From Thermoplasmata archaeon (GTDB lineage Archaea; Thermoplasmatota; Thermoplasmata; Lutacidiplasmatales; UBA184): a stretch of DNA of 64,000 nucleotides. The notes under the pieces were generated by a model. That model ran no database searches. It had not been told where the DNA came from and was given only the letters and a program-made list of their open reading frames with translations. Of this stretch, positions 9,385-19,538 are shown in pieces. The stretch covers positions 4,560 through 68,559 of the forward strand of contig JAKAAX010000004.1 of NCBI GenBank assembly GCA_021802125.1, given 5' to 3'. The position numbers and the translations under genes were made by a program. Every line of letters starts with the position of its first letter. The stretch's first letter is position 1.

Positions 9385-11544
9385 TCACCATAGCTGGACC
9401 TCTGGGGACGGAGGAGGGACCTCGGCAGGTCCTTCGAAGGGCGGGTCCTCAGGTTTCGGCGGAGGGCCCTTCACCATCTGACTTCGTCGACGTCGAAGGA
9501 GCACGGTCGCCGCGGCCAAGAGCAGGAGGGTGACCACGCCCACGACAAGCAGGAGGATGAACGGCCACGTCGGCGGGCCCGTGATGGGAGGAGGAGGAAG
9601 AGCGGAGAAGCTGGCGGAGAGCGTCCCGTTCCCCGAGACCGAGACCGTGGCGTTCAACCCGTTCACCGACTCCAGCACCAACCCACCGGAGACCGACCAG
9701 CCCAGGAAATTGCGTCCGGCGCAGAGCGACACCGTCGCGGGGTAGGTGCCGATGGGAACCGCCACGCTCGGGGACGGGCTGTAGGGAGGCTGCGAATCGA
9801 AGGGACTCCCGTTGAAGGTGACCGGTCCACAGGACGCGGGCACGACCACGAGCGTGACCAGCGGGTAGTCCTCGAAGATGGCCAGCAGGGTCCCGTTGGC
9901 CGAGACCGTAACCGTTGTTGGACTGCTCGCGATCGGGGAGACGCTCACCCCGCTCGCCCCTGACCAGCCGGCAAAGATGTGCGCTTGGCACGCGCGGATC
10001 CCGGCGGTGTAGGCCCCTGGGACCCAGGGGTTCATGTCGTACCCGTTCGAGGCCTCGAGCGTGCCATCGAAAGTGATCGGCCCACAACTGCCGGGCCGAA
10101 CGAGGAACTGGACGATGGGGTACGGGGAGAACGCCACCTCGAGCGAGGCGCTCCCGCCGACCGTCACTCCACCCGCTCCCAAGGACGCAGCTCCCGTGGC
10201 CGTGATCTGCCCCAGCGCCCAGCCGGGCGCAGGTTGGGCGGAGAGCGGGAGCGTCCAGCCCTCGAAGAACCATCCCGTCGCTCCGGACCCGAACACTCCC
10301 CCGCTCTGGGAGCCGCCCAGACGTGGCGGTGCGTTGACCGCGAGAACCCCGTGCCCGGCGGTGACCACGACCTGCACGGGCCAGGCCGGGAACCCGTAGG
10401 TCTCTCCGCAGTACGTCGCCGCACCCCGACAGCCGGGGTCCGTCAGGACCGCGAAGCCGTCGACGGGGTCATCCGCGAGGGGGCCCTCCATCCCCGGCAG
10501 GGTCGAGGGGAACGCTCCCAGAGCGGGGTCGGTCAGGTTCTTCCAGGCCCCGCTAGAGTACGTCCACGTCTCGTTGAGGTCGCTTCGACCGAGCGAATCG
10601 GTGGGCCGGCCGTAGACCATGACCACTGCCCGGAGGCTCGAGACGTAGGCGAGGTCCACGTCCTGCCGAGGGGTCGGGGCGTAGGTCAGGTTGAGCGAGC
10701 TCCAGGTCCCGTTCCGGAAGGTCCAGGTGGTGGACTGGCGACCGGCAGAGTCGTTCCAGAACCCGAAGAAGACCACGTAGCCGTCGCTGACGTCGTAGGT
10801 GAGCTCGACGTCGGCGTTCGGGCTCGGGATGACCTTCGAGGGCGGCAGCGGCGTCCACGTTCCCCCGCGATAGGTCCAGGTGGTCGTCCACGGTGAGGAA
10901 TAGGTCTGGAAACCTCCGTACATCACGATGTATCCGTCCGCGGCGTCGTAGGTCATCCCCGCGTCCGTCGCCGGTGGGGGTGTTGCCTTGAGGGTCGGGG
11001 TCAGGTTCGTCCAGGTGCCGTGCGAGAACTTCCACGTGTCCCCCAGGACGACCGAGCCCGACTCCCCTCCGAAGAGGAGCACGTAGCCATCGGCGGCGTC
11101 GAACGCCATCGCGGTTTCTTGTCGAGGCGACGGAGCCGTGCTCGTCACGAGGCTGGTCCACGTACCCGCGCGGTACGTCCAGGTGGTGCCGGTCTCGTCG
11201 AAGAGAACTTCGTAGCCATCCGCGGCGTCCCACGCCATCGCTCCCGTGAGACCCCCGGGTCCGGAATCGTTGTTCGCGAGCTCGACGGGGGTCCACGCCG
11301 GCGAGGCGAGCGCCGCAGAAGCCGGTCGGTCGAGCTCCGCCGGGAGACTCGCGGTCCGGATTCCCGCGGGGAGCGCCCTGCTGCTCCGTTCTACGGAGAC
11401 GGTCGGGACGGACTGGCCCGCGGGATGCGAGGCCGCCACCAGGTCATTGTTCGAGGAGAACAGGAGTAGAAGGAGGATCAGCAGCGCCGTCACTGAGACC
11501 GGTCCCACGTCGCGCGTTACGGTTCCGCGGGCGACCGTGGACAT
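9385..11544 (-). CDS. Surface protein with kelch-like propeller repeats, beta-sandwich repeats and C-terminal TM anchor
   Basis: Signal peptide; repeats M[AT][WFY]DAADGY.LLFGG..DTW.F..GTWT; Pro-rich linker, TM and RRRR tail. Confidence 0.8.
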   Translation of the reverse strand: MSTVARGTVTRDVGPVSVTALLILLLLLFSSNNDLVAASHPAGQSVPTVSVERSSRALPAGIRTASLPAELDRPASAALASPAWTPVELANNDSGPGGLTGAMAWDAADGYEVLFDETGTTWTYRAGTWTSLVTSTAPSPRQETAMAFDAADGYVLLFGGESGSVVLGDTWKFSHGTWTNLTPTLKATPPPATDAGMTYDAADGYIVMYGGFQTYSSPWTTTWTYRGGTWTPLPPSKVIPSPNADVELTYDVSDGYVVFFGFWNDSAGRQSTTWTFRNGTWSSLNLTYAPTPRQDVDLAYVSSLRAVVMVYGRPTDSLGRSDLNETWTYSSGAWKNLTDPALGAFPSTLPGMEGPLADDPVDGFAVLTDPGCRGAATYCGETYGFPAWPVQVVVTAGHGVLAVNAPPRLGGSQSGGVFGSGATGWFFEGWTLPLSAQPAPGWALGQITATGAASLGAGGVTVGGSASLEVAFSPYPIVQFLVRPGSCGPITFDGTLEASNGYDMNPWVPGAYTAGIRACQAHIFAGWSGASGVSVSPIASSPTTVTVSANGTLLAIFEDYPLVTLVVVPASCGPVTFNGSPFDSQPPYSPSPSVAVPIGTYPATVSLCAGRNFLGWSVSGGLVLESVNGLNATVSVSGNGTLSASFSALPPPPITGPPTWPFILLLVVGVVTLLLLAAATVLLRRRRSQMVKGPPPKPEDPPFEGPAEVPPPSPEVQLW

Positions 11545-11608
11545 GAGTTGACACTAGGCCGCCACCCTGGCTTAACCCTCGTGCCGCCGCTCGCGCGGGC
11601 CAGCCGGG

Positions 11609-12514
11609 TCAGAGGGCGATCTTCCCGTTCTTGAAGAGGGTCTTGAGATTGTCCTCGGCCGTGCGCGAGATGATCTCCTCGTTCCGGGTCATCTGACGGA
11701 CGGAACGGTTGTGCTCATCGAGGAGCTTCCTCGCCTCGTTCTTCCGGTCCCTCGACTGGTGGAGCAGTCCCATGACGCCCTTCTCGAGGTCGCGGATCTC
11801 GTCGCTGACCTTGTCGACCTTGCTGATGAGCTCGGCCCGAGCTTTCCCCTTCGCCCGGATCTCCGCGACCAGGTGACCGACCTCGGTGAGTCGGCTCTTC
11901 ACCAGGCCCATGACCTCGTCGCGGCGACGGAAGAGCTTCTCGACCTCGACCGAGATCTCCTCGTCGCGCTTCCGGGCGGCGTCCATCTCCTCCCGGAGGC
12001 TGTGGATGGTCTCGTCCTTGGCCTTCCACATGGTCTGGTTCTTCTCCGCCTCTCCGAGCTGGGCCCGCAGGGCACGGATGTGGTCGATGAGCGCGTTCTC
12101 CTCCTTCAGAGGCATCGCGGTCGTCTGCTGCTTCTTCTCCAGCGCCGCGATCTCCTGGACCAGCCGGTCGGGACGGGGGCGACCCTTGCGGTCGTGCCCA
12201 TCGCCCTCCTCGCGCAGCTCGATGCGCAGCGCGTCCATCCGGCCCCGGAGCTTCTCTCGCTCCGAGCGCAGCTCTCCCGCCTTCTTCCCGAGCTCGCGGA
12301 ACTCCTGATGGAGCACCTCGACCTCCTGATGCAGGGGTGCGCGCCGGTTCTGCAGGTCGAAGGCTTCCTCGGCCAGACGGCGGGCGAGGGCCAGCATCTC
12401 CGCACGTCGCTCCTTCATCCCTCGGAGCTTGTACTCGCCCGAGCGGATGTTCTGCCAGAGCTCCTTCTCTTGCCCTTCCTCCTCCTCGGAGAGAAGACCG
12501 CCTCGAGATGGCAC
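11609..12514 (-). CDS. Archaeal coiled-coil protein (COG1340-like)
   Basis: E/K/R-rich heptads, LEKKQQTTAMPLKEENALI motif, C-terminal FKNGKIAL. Confidence 0.7.
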   Translation of the reverse strand: MPSRGGLLSEEEEGQEKELWQNIRSGEYKLRGMKERRAEMLALARRLAEEAFDLQNRRAPLHQEVEVLHQEFRELGKKAGELRSEREKLRGRMDALRIELREEGDGHDRKGRPRPDRLVQEIAALEKKQQTTAMPLKEENALIDHIRALRAQLGEAEKNQTMWKAKDETIHSLREEMDAARKRDEEISVEVEKLFRRRDEVMGLVKSRLTEVGHLVAEIRAKGKARAELISKVDKVSDEIRDLEKGVMGLLHQSRDRKNEARKLLDEHNRSVRQMTRNEEIISRTAEDNLKTLFKNGKIAL

Positions 12515-12546
12515 GAGAGGTCCAGCCCCTCACCCCGTTAATACGG

Positions 12547-13425
12547 TTACCTACTCTTGGCGGAACGAGGGGGTCTCTTACGGCGGTGGGGCGCCCCTGA
12601 GGCACGTCCGGCAAGCTGCAATATCTGGGTGGCGACGAGGGCCGCCGGGACCCCTCCATCGATGTTGACCACCGCCAGGGGCGCGCATGACTGCAGCATG
12701 GACGTGAGCGCCCCCTCGCCGGCTCCTCCCCGGCCGTAGCCCTGGGAGGTCGGGACCCCGATCACCGGACGGTCGACGAGACCCGCGACCACTGTGGCCA
12801 GGGCGCCCTCGCGACCGGCGCAAACGATGTAGACCGAGGGTCGCGCAGCGGCCAACCGGGGCAGCTCGCGGAGCAGGCGATGGATCCCCGCCACGCCCAC
12901 GTCGTGTGACGTGATCACCTCGGATCCCAGCGCCTCAAGGACCAAGCGCACCTCTTCCGCGACGTGGGCGTCCGCGGTCCCTGCGCTGATGAGGGCCGCC
13001 CGGCGACCTGCGAGCGACCGCTCGATGCTGTCCCGGTTGAGCAGGGCGAGTCGGGGCCCCGTGTGGATCTCGAGGTCCCAGCCCTCGAGCCGGTGCCTTT
13101 GGAGCGAACGGAGCTGCGGCCGGGTCAGCCTGGAGATGATGACGCCCGCCCCGGAGCGACGCAGCTCGACGAGAAGCTCCTCGAAGTGTTCGAGCGACTT
13201 CCCCTCCCCCAGCAGGATCTCGGGGAGCCCGGTGCGGGAGGCCCGGGGAAGGTCGAACTTGGCGTGCTTTCCTCCGGGAAGATATCCCTGTTCCAGAAGG
13301 CGCGCAGCCTTGGCGATGGAGAGATCCCCGCTTCGGACCGCCCTCAGGATGTGTTTCACCACGGCCGCGCTCTCGACCCGTGGCCGCAGGAGGGCTTGAT
13401 GCGGCCGTCGGACCGAACCCGTCAA
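12547..13425 (-). CDS. larB: Nickel-pincer cofactor biosynthesis protein LarB (PurE-like); true start may be about 20 codons downstream
   Basis: [69 protein letters not shown]. Confidence 0.88.
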   Translation of the reverse strand: MTGSVRRPHQALLRPRVESAAVVKHILRAVRSGDLSIAKAARLLEQGYLPGGKHAKFDLPRASRTGLPEILLGEGKSLEHFEELLVELRRSGAGVIISRLTRPQLRSLQRHRLEGWDLEIHTGPRLALLNRDSIERSLAGRRAALISAGTADAHVAEEVRLVLEALGSEVITSHDVGVAGIHRLLRELPRLAAARPSVYIVCAGREGALATVVAGLVDRPVIGVPTSQGYGRGGAGEGALTSMLQSCAPLAVVNIDGGVPAALVATQILQLAGRASGAPHRRKRPPRSAKSR

Positions 13426-13472
13426 CCGGGAGCGTTCAAATAGACCTCCCTCCTCGGTCGGCCGCCAGTCCT

Positions 13473-14624
13473 ATGCCGATAGGTTTCGAACTCACCCCGG
13501 ATCAGAAGGAGCTCCAGACCCTCGCCTCCAAGTTCGCCCGCGAGGAGATGGCTCCCCGGGCGTCGGAGTGCGACAAGAAGGCCCTCTTCCCGGAGGACAT
13601 CTATCGCCGGGCGTTCGATCTCGGCCTCATGAACCTCAACGTTCCGACCGAGTACGGCGGGAGCGGGCTCGCGCTCCTAGACCAGTGCATCATCACCGAG
13701 GAACTGGCCTCCGCCTGCGGTGGGATGACCACCTCGATCCTCGCGAACTGCCTCGCGATCCAGCCGATCAACCTGGGGGGAAGCCCGGAACAGAAGGAAC
13801 GGCTGCTCAAGCCCTTCTGTTCGTCCTACCACCTCGCGTCGTTCGGGCTCACCGAACCTTCCGGTGGGAGCGACGCGGCGGCGCTGAAGACCCGGGCGGA
13901 GCGCCGGGGCAACCACTACGTCCTGAACGGCCAGAAGTGCTTCATCACCAACGCTCCGCAAGCGTCGCTGTTCACGATCTTCGCCACCATCGACCCCGCC
14001 AAGCGCGACAAGGGGATCTGCGCCTTCGTCGTGCCGCGCGACACTCCGGGCCTCTCCATCGGTAAGGAGGAGGACAAGATGGGGCAGCGCGCCTCCTCCA
14101 CGGCCACCGTCATCATGGAGGACGTCAAGGTCCCTCTGGAGAACATGCTCGGTAAGGAGGGCGAGGGGTTCAGGATCGCGATGCAGACGCTGGACTCGAC
14201 GCGCACGCCCATCGGCGCGCTGGCCGTCGGGATCGCCCGCGCGGCTCTGGAGCAGGCGTCCAAGTATTCGCTCCAGCGCACGTCCTTCGGCAAGAAGATC
14301 GCGGAACACCAATCCATCGCCGCGAAGATCGCGAACATGACCATCGAGCTGGACGCCTCCCGTCTGCTCACCTGGAGAGCGGCGTGGCTCGTCGACCAGG
14401 GTCACCGCGCCTCGCTCGAGAGCTCCATCGCGAAGTGCTTCTCCTCTGACGCCGCGATGCGGATCTGCGACGAAGCCATCCAGATCTTCGGCGGCTACGG
14501 GTACATGCGGGACTACCCCGTCGAGAAGTACCTTCGCGACGCCAAGCTCTGCCAGATCTACGAGGGCGCGAACGAGATCCAGCGCCAGGTCATCGCGCGC
14601 GAGTTCCTCAAGCGATTCGCTTGA
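13473..14624 (+). CDS. Acyl-CoA dehydrogenase
   Basis: [46 protein letters not shown]; start at MPIGFEL. Confidence 0.95.
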   Translation: MPIGFELTPDQKELQTLASKFAREEMAPRASECDKKALFPEDIYRRAFDLGLMNLNVPTEYGGSGLALLDQCIITEELASACGGMTTSILANCLAIQPINLGGSPEQKERLLKPFCSSYHLASFGLTEPSGGSDAAALKTRAERRGNHYVLNGQKCFITNAPQASLFTIFATIDPAKRDKGICAFVVPRDTPGLSIGKEEDKMGQRASSTATVIMEDVKVPLENMLGKEGEGFRIAMQTLDSTRTPIGALAVGIARAALEQASKYSLQRTSFGKKIAEHQSIAAKIANMTIELDASRLLTWRAAWLVDQGHRASLESSIAKCFSSDAAMRICDEAIQIFGGYGYMRDYPVEKYLRDAKLCQIYEGANEIQRQVIAREFLKRFA

Positions 14625-14639
14625 ACGGGGGGGCCGAGG

Positions 14640-15440
14640 GTGGACGTCATCGTCTGCGTCAAGCACGTTCCTGACGCCGAGACCCGTCTCCGCGCGGCGT
14701 CGAGCGGGAAGTGGATCGACCCGGACGGGGTCAAGTTCACGGTCAACAACACGTACGACGAGGCGGCCGCCGAGGAAGCTCTCCGCCTGAAGGAGAAGTG
14801 CGGGGCCAAGTCGGTGCGCGTCATCACCGTCGGTCCCGCTCGCGCGGAGGAAGCGCTCCGCTACGTGCTTTCGATGGGCGCGGACGAGGCGACCCACATC
14901 GAGACCCCTCCGGACGCCCAGTTGGACCCGCTCACGATCTCCCGGCTTCTGGCCGGCGTCATCAAGACCCTGCCGCACGACATCGTCATGGTCGGGAAGC
15001 AGGCCGCGGACGACGAGGCCGGTGTCGTCGGCAGCGCACTCGGCGCCCTCCTGGGGCTCCCGAGCTACGCTTTCGTGACCGAGCTCAACCCCGACGCCAC
15101 GACCAAGACGCTGAAGATGCGTCGGTACGTCGAGGGGGGCGAAGAGCACTTCAATGGCCCCTTCCCGGCGGTAGTCTCTCTGCTGAAGGGAGCGGCCGAT
15201 CCGCGCACTCCAACGCTTCCCAACATCCTGAAGGCGAGGAAGAAGCCCCTGACGAAGGTGCCGCTCGCTGACGCCCAGGCGAAGGCCCAAGCGTTGCCCG
15301 GGGCCCCTGTGGCCGGTACGGTCCGTTCCTTCGTGCTCCCCCCGCCGAAGACGGGGGCCAAGATGGTCGAGTTCCAGACCCCGGAAGAGGCCGCGGAGAA
15401 GCTCGTGAAACTGCTCCGCGAGGAGGCGAAGGTCCTCTGA
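14640..15440 (+). CDS. etfB: Electron transfer flavoprotein beta subunit
   Basis: IVCVKHVPD, YDEAAAEEALRLKE, SMGADEA, GKQAADDEAG. Confidence 0.93.
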   Translation: MDVIVCVKHVPDAETRLRAASSGKWIDPDGVKFTVNNTYDEAAAEEALRLKEKCGAKSVRVITVGPARAEEALRYVLSMGADEATHIETPPDAQLDPLTISRLLAGVIKTLPHDIVMVGKQAADDEAGVVGSALGALLGLPSYAFVTELNPDATTKTLKMRRYVEGGEEHFNGPFPAVVSLLKGAADPRTPTLPNILKARKKPLTKVPLADAQAKAQALPGAPVAGTVRSFVLPPPKTGAKMVEFQTPEEAAEKLVKLLREEAKVL

Positions 15441-16438
15441 CGCTCAATCTTCTCGTCCTGACGGACCAGCGCGATGGCTCGCTCAAGGTCTCCTCCTTCG
15501 AGGCGGTGTCCGAGGCCCGGCGACTCTCCGCGAAGGCTGGCGGAGGGCAGGTCGTGGTAGGGCTTCTAGGGAGTGGGCTCTCTGCCGCCGCCGAGGCCGT
15601 CCGTGCCTACGGACCGGACCGGGTCCTCGTCGCCGACGATCCCCGCCTGAAGGCCTTCTCGGCGCAGGGCTATTCGGCGGTCGCCGCCAAGATGCTCTCA
15701 TCGCTTCCCGAGCCCCGTGCGGTCCTCGCTCCCGCGACGGCCATGGGCCGTGAATTGCTGCCTCGGCTTGCGATCGAGGTCGGAGGCACCGTCGCACCGG
15801 ACGCGACCGACGTCGTTCCACGCGAGGGGGGCGGTCTCGTGGTCACGCGACCCGTCTTCGGGGGTCGCGCCACCCTCGTCGTCGAGCTTCCCACAATACC
15901 CTGCGTATCGCTCCGACCCAACGCCTTCGCCGCCGAGAAGAGTCCCGGGGCGTCGACCAAGACCGAGCCTTTCCCTGTGGGCGACCTTCCGGCCACGGCG
16001 ACGTCCGTGGTGGTCGAGAAGACCGTCGTGACCCGCGGGGACACCCCTGAGCTTACGGAGGCGCCGATCATCGTCTCGGGCGGCCGGGGGATGAAGGGAC
16101 CGGAGAACTTCGCCCTGGTCGAGAAGCTCGCGAGGGTCCTGGGCGCCGGTGTGGGGGCCTCGCGCGCGGTCGTTGACGCGGGCTGGCGTCCGGCGTCGGA
16201 ACAGGTCGGACAGACCGGGAAGACCGTCTCCCCGAACCTCTACGTCGCCTGCGGGATCTCCGGGGCGATCCAGCACCTCGTGGGCATGTCGAGCTCGCGG
16301 TGCATCGTCGCCATCAACAAGGACCCGGCAGCTCCCATCTTCAAGGTGGCCAACTACGGGGTCGTCGGGGACGCCCTCACCATCCTGCCCGCGCTCACCG
16401 CGACCATTGCGCGATCGAAGGGTCTCCCGAATCCCTGA
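15437..16438 (+). CDS. etfA: Electron transfer flavoprotein alpha subunit (homology extends to a CTG at 15437; first conventional start GTG 15506)
   Basis: [47 protein letters not shown]. Confidence 0.93.
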   Translation: MTLNLLVLTDQRDGSLKVSSFEAVSEARRLSAKAGGGQVVVGLLGSGLSAAAEAVRAYGPDRVLVADDPRLKAFSAQGYSAVAAKMLSSLPEPRAVLAPATAMGRELLPRLAIEVGGTVAPDATDVVPREGGGLVVTRPVFGGRATLVVELPTIPCVSLRPNAFAAEKSPGASTKTEPFPVGDLPATATSVVVEKTVVTRGDTPELTEAPIIVSGGRGMKGPENFALVEKLARVLGAGVGASRAVVDAGWRPASEQVGQTGKTVSPNLYVACGISGAIQHLVGMSSSRCIVAINKDPAAPIFKVANYGVVGDALTILPALTATIARSKGLPNP

Positions 16439-16550
16439 ACCTTAGCCCCGGCGCGCGTCGCGGGCCCCTCGGCACTCCAACGACCGTCCTCTCGGCTACC
16501 GGTCGTCTGCGGACAAGCCTCTTAGGTGAGGTCGGACCTAGCGTCCTCGC

Positions 16551-18098
16551 GTGTCGCCCGCGGTCACCCCGGCCCCACTTGTTCCCGGAACGGACGGCGA
16601 GTACTCCCTGGCACGCCCGGCGGATGCGCTCGAGTCCGCCCTGTTGCTCACGCACCGTTTCGGACGGGAGGACGTTCGAGAGGCCGTCATCGCCCAGATC
16701 GCTGCGGGTTGGGTCCTTCTTGGAGACGGGGACAAGGCCCTTCCCCTGGCCGACCGCATCCCTCCCGGGCAGGACCCCTTCGGGAACTCCGCGTGGGGCG
16801 CTCTCCATCGCATCTGCGCCGCCCAGGTGCACGCGGCCGTAGGGGCGGTGGACACCGCTCTCAAGGAGATGGAGGAAGGGCTCAACCGGCTCAAGCAGGT
16901 CGCGCCGAACGAGCGGGTGCACGTCATCCTGGAGGTCGCCGAGGCGATCCGGGCCGCCCACGAGATGACCGGCGACCCCCGTTTCGCGGCGTTCCCGGCT
17001 CGCCTGAGGGAGCTCTTCCATGGCGCAGAGGAACGGGCCGCATCGGACCGCGCGGCCGTGCGGGTCCATCTGGCCGTCTTCCGGCCCGAGCCCGCAAGGG
17101 CGATCGTGGAAGCCGGCGTCGAACCTCTGCGTGCTGCTCCCAAGCCCATCGAGGGGGACGTGCCCGCCTACCAGCTCGAGACGTTGGCCGAGTACACCGA
17201 GGAGACGGGGGACCGCTCGCTCCTCGGGGGAGCACTCGAGCTCCTGCCCAAAGTGGGGACGGCCCACCAGCAGTTGAGGGCCAAGGCCTCCCTGGGCCGC
17301 GCGCTTCGCGAGGTGGGCGATCTGCTCGCTGGAGAGCGCCTCCTTCGGGAGGCCCAGGGCGACCTCCCCTCCCTTCCTCCCGGCGAGCGTGTCCTTGGTG
17401 CGGTCCACATCGCGCGGGTGAGCGCCAGGGACGGGCACCTGGCGGGAGCGGACGCCCTGCTCCAGTGGGCGCGTTGGCAGCTGACCCAGATCACGCCCAA
17501 GGAGGACCAACCGATGTATCGACGGCGCCTGGCGAGCGGCTTCGCCCACGTCGGCGCCCACCTGGGAGACCCCGCGCGGATCGAGAACGGGCTCGCGCTT
17601 CTCCGGGGCATACCCCCGGGGCTCGAACAGGACCTGGCGCTGGAGTCGGTGGGGCGTTGCCTCGTCGCGTACGCCACGCTTCAGCCGCGGATGCTGAGGC
17701 GGCTAGACCGTCTGGAAGCTCGCGTGGGAACCTCTCCGCCGTGGGGATTCAAGGGCCTCGTGGCCGAGACCCGGGAAGCCCTCGCCGCGGGGGCCGTCCC
17801 CTCCGCCCGTCAGGCCTACGGACGGGCGCGCAGGGCGGTCTTCCATCACATCCAGGAGGTTCCCGACATGGAGGAGCTCTGGAGGCTGATGAAGCAGCTT
17901 CACGAGTCCTTCACGCACTGGGACCCGAGCTGGGGGAACAAGGGTGACTTCGTCCGTCTCCTGGACGAGGCCCAGGCCGCGCTGAAGGTGCGCGACTGGA
18001 GGACCCTGCGCGACCGTCTTCGGCGGGCCCAACACATGCTCAGTCAGCGACGGGCCGCTACGGCCTCCCCCGCCTCGCCCTCGCAAGAGGGGACCTGA
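16551..18098 (+). CDS. Hypothetical all-alpha-helical (TPR-like) protein
   Basis: 515-aa ORF with natural A/L/R/E helical composition that fills the gap between etfA and fixC. Confidence 0.65.
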   Translation: MSPAVTPAPLVPGTDGEYSLARPADALESALLLTHRFGREDVREAVIAQIAAGWVLLGDGDKALPLADRIPPGQDPFGNSAWGALHRICAAQVHAAVGAVDTALKEMEEGLNRLKQVAPNERVHVILEVAEAIRAAHEMTGDPRFAAFPARLRELFHGAEERAASDRAAVRVHLAVFRPEPARAIVEAGVEPLRAAPKPIEGDVPAYQLETLAEYTEETGDRSLLGGALELLPKVGTAHQQLRAKASLGRALREVGDLLAGERLLREAQGDLPSLPPGERVLGAVHIARVSARDGHLAGADALLQWARWQLTQITPKEDQPMYRRRLASGFAHVGAHLGDPARIENGLALLRGIPPGLEQDLALESVGRCLVAYATLQPRMLRRLDRLEARVGTSPPWGFKGLVAETREALAAGAVPSARQAYGRARRAVFHHIQEVPDMEELWRLMKQLHESFTHWDPSWGNKGDFVRLLDEAQAALKVRDWRTLRDRLRRAQHMLSQRRAATASPASPSQEGT

Positions 18099-18152
18099 GC
18101 GGATCTCCGACCAAAGAGGGCGGCGGAAACCGGAGCCCGGTGCGGGCGGGTC

Positions 18153-19481
18153 TCAGACCTCGCGCGCGGAGTCGACCAGGTCCCGCAGGAGCGGCATCCA
18201 GCCCACCTTCGAGGAGATCGCAGTTCGGAGGGCGACGCCGGCCACGGCAGGGTGGCCCGAGGGCCCCGCCGTCATCCAGTCATGGAAGAGCTGGGTGAGC
18301 ATCTCGGGGTACTCGGAGTAGATCCTGGAGTTCCATTTCACACGGTCCATTCCTGCGAACCGCTCGAAGTCCGGCAACACGTGGGCCCGGACGAGCCGGT
18401 CCCCGTAAGCTGAGAGCTTCGAGGAGGAGAAGTCCTTCGAGCTGAGCGCGTCGAGCGCGGTGTCCGCCGCCAGGATCCCGCTGCGTGCCGCGTAGCTCAT
18501 TCCCTGGATCACGATCCCGTTGGAAAAGACGAAACCCGCCGCGTCCCCCGCGACGAGATAGCCGTCCCCCCACAGCCGGTCCGGCCGGGAGGCGTAGCCG
18601 TCTGGGATGAGCTTCGCGCCGTACTCCACGAGCTCGCCTCCTCTCACGAGCGGCTCGATCGCAGGGTGCAGTTTGAACCGCTCGATGATCTCGTGCGAGG
18701 CGACGCCCCGGCCTTTGAGCGAGCCCAGCTGGACGATCATGCCCAGCGACAGGGTGTCCCGGTTCGTGTAGAGGAACCCGCCCGCCATGATCCCTGGAGG
18801 CAGGAATCCGAGGACCCACTCCTGGGCCCGGCCTTCCGTGCCCTGCACCCCGAAACGGTCCTCGATGACGCTCGGGTCGAGCTTGTACACCTCCTTCACG
18901 CCGACCTCCGTGTGGTCCTCCGGAAGGCGCTGCTGGCCCTGGTTGGCGCGCGGCGGGTTCCCGCGACGGATCTCGGTGCCGAGGGTCGTCCGGGAGTTGT
19001 AGCCGTCCGTGACGATGGTGACCGGGGCGGTCATCACCTCCCCGCTCTGCACCACTCCGCGAACCTTGCCGTTCTCGACATGCAGCTTGTCCACCGGGAC
19101 CGCGCTCACCAGCGTCGCTCCGGCCTCCTCGGCCTTCTTGGCCAGCCAGGCGTCGGTCCTCGCCCGCAGCACGGAGTGCGCGTTGTAGGGCGGACGGGAC
19201 CAGCTCTCGTCGCGGTACTCGAAGCTGAGCGCCTTATCGTTGGTCAGGAACCCGAACCGCTTCGAGACGATGTGCCGCTCGAGCGGCATCTCCTCCTGCC
19301 ACTTGGGCAGGATGGGGTCTAGGTCGTGGCCCCAGAGTATCCCTCCAGAGAGGTTCTTCACACCCGGTTCCGCGCCACGCTCGAGCAGGAGGGTGTTCGC
19401 CCCCTTCTGGGCGAGCCGGATCGCTGCGGAGCACCCCGCGAAGCCGGCCCCCACGACGATGGCGTCGAAGTCGTCCCCCAT
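18153..19481 (-). CDS. fixC: FAD-dependent oxidoreductase, FixC/ETF-quinone oxidoreductase family
   Basis: FDAIVVGAGFAG, ERG..PG.KNLSGG, SVLRA..D.WL, GGFLYTNRDTLSLG, EYGAKLIP, VAGDAAG. Confidence 0.85.
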   Translation of the reverse strand: MGDDFDAIVVGAGFAGCSAAIRLAQKGANTLLLERGAEPGVKNLSGGILWGHDLDPILPKWQEEMPLERHIVSKRFGFLTNDKALSFEYRDESWSRPPYNAHSVLRARTDAWLAKKAEEAGATLVSAVPVDKLHVENGKVRGVVQSGEVMTAPVTIVTDGYNSRTTLGTEIRRGNPPRANQGQQRLPEDHTEVGVKEVYKLDPSVIEDRFGVQGTEGRAQEWVLGFLPPGIMAGGFLYTNRDTLSLGMIVQLGSLKGRGVASHEIIERFKLHPAIEPLVRGGELVEYGAKLIPDGYASRPDRLWGDGYLVAGDAAGFVFSNGIVIQGMSYAARSGILAADTALDALSSKDFSSSKLSAYGDRLVRAHVLPDFERFAGMDRVKWNSRIYSEYPEMLTQLFHDWMTAGPSGHPAVAGVALRTAISSKVGWMPLLRDLVDSAREV

Positions 19482-19538
19482 GGCCCGGTGGGCCGAGGTC
19501 TTTCGGGCGATAAAGGGCGCGGGCGAACGTCGCCCCGT

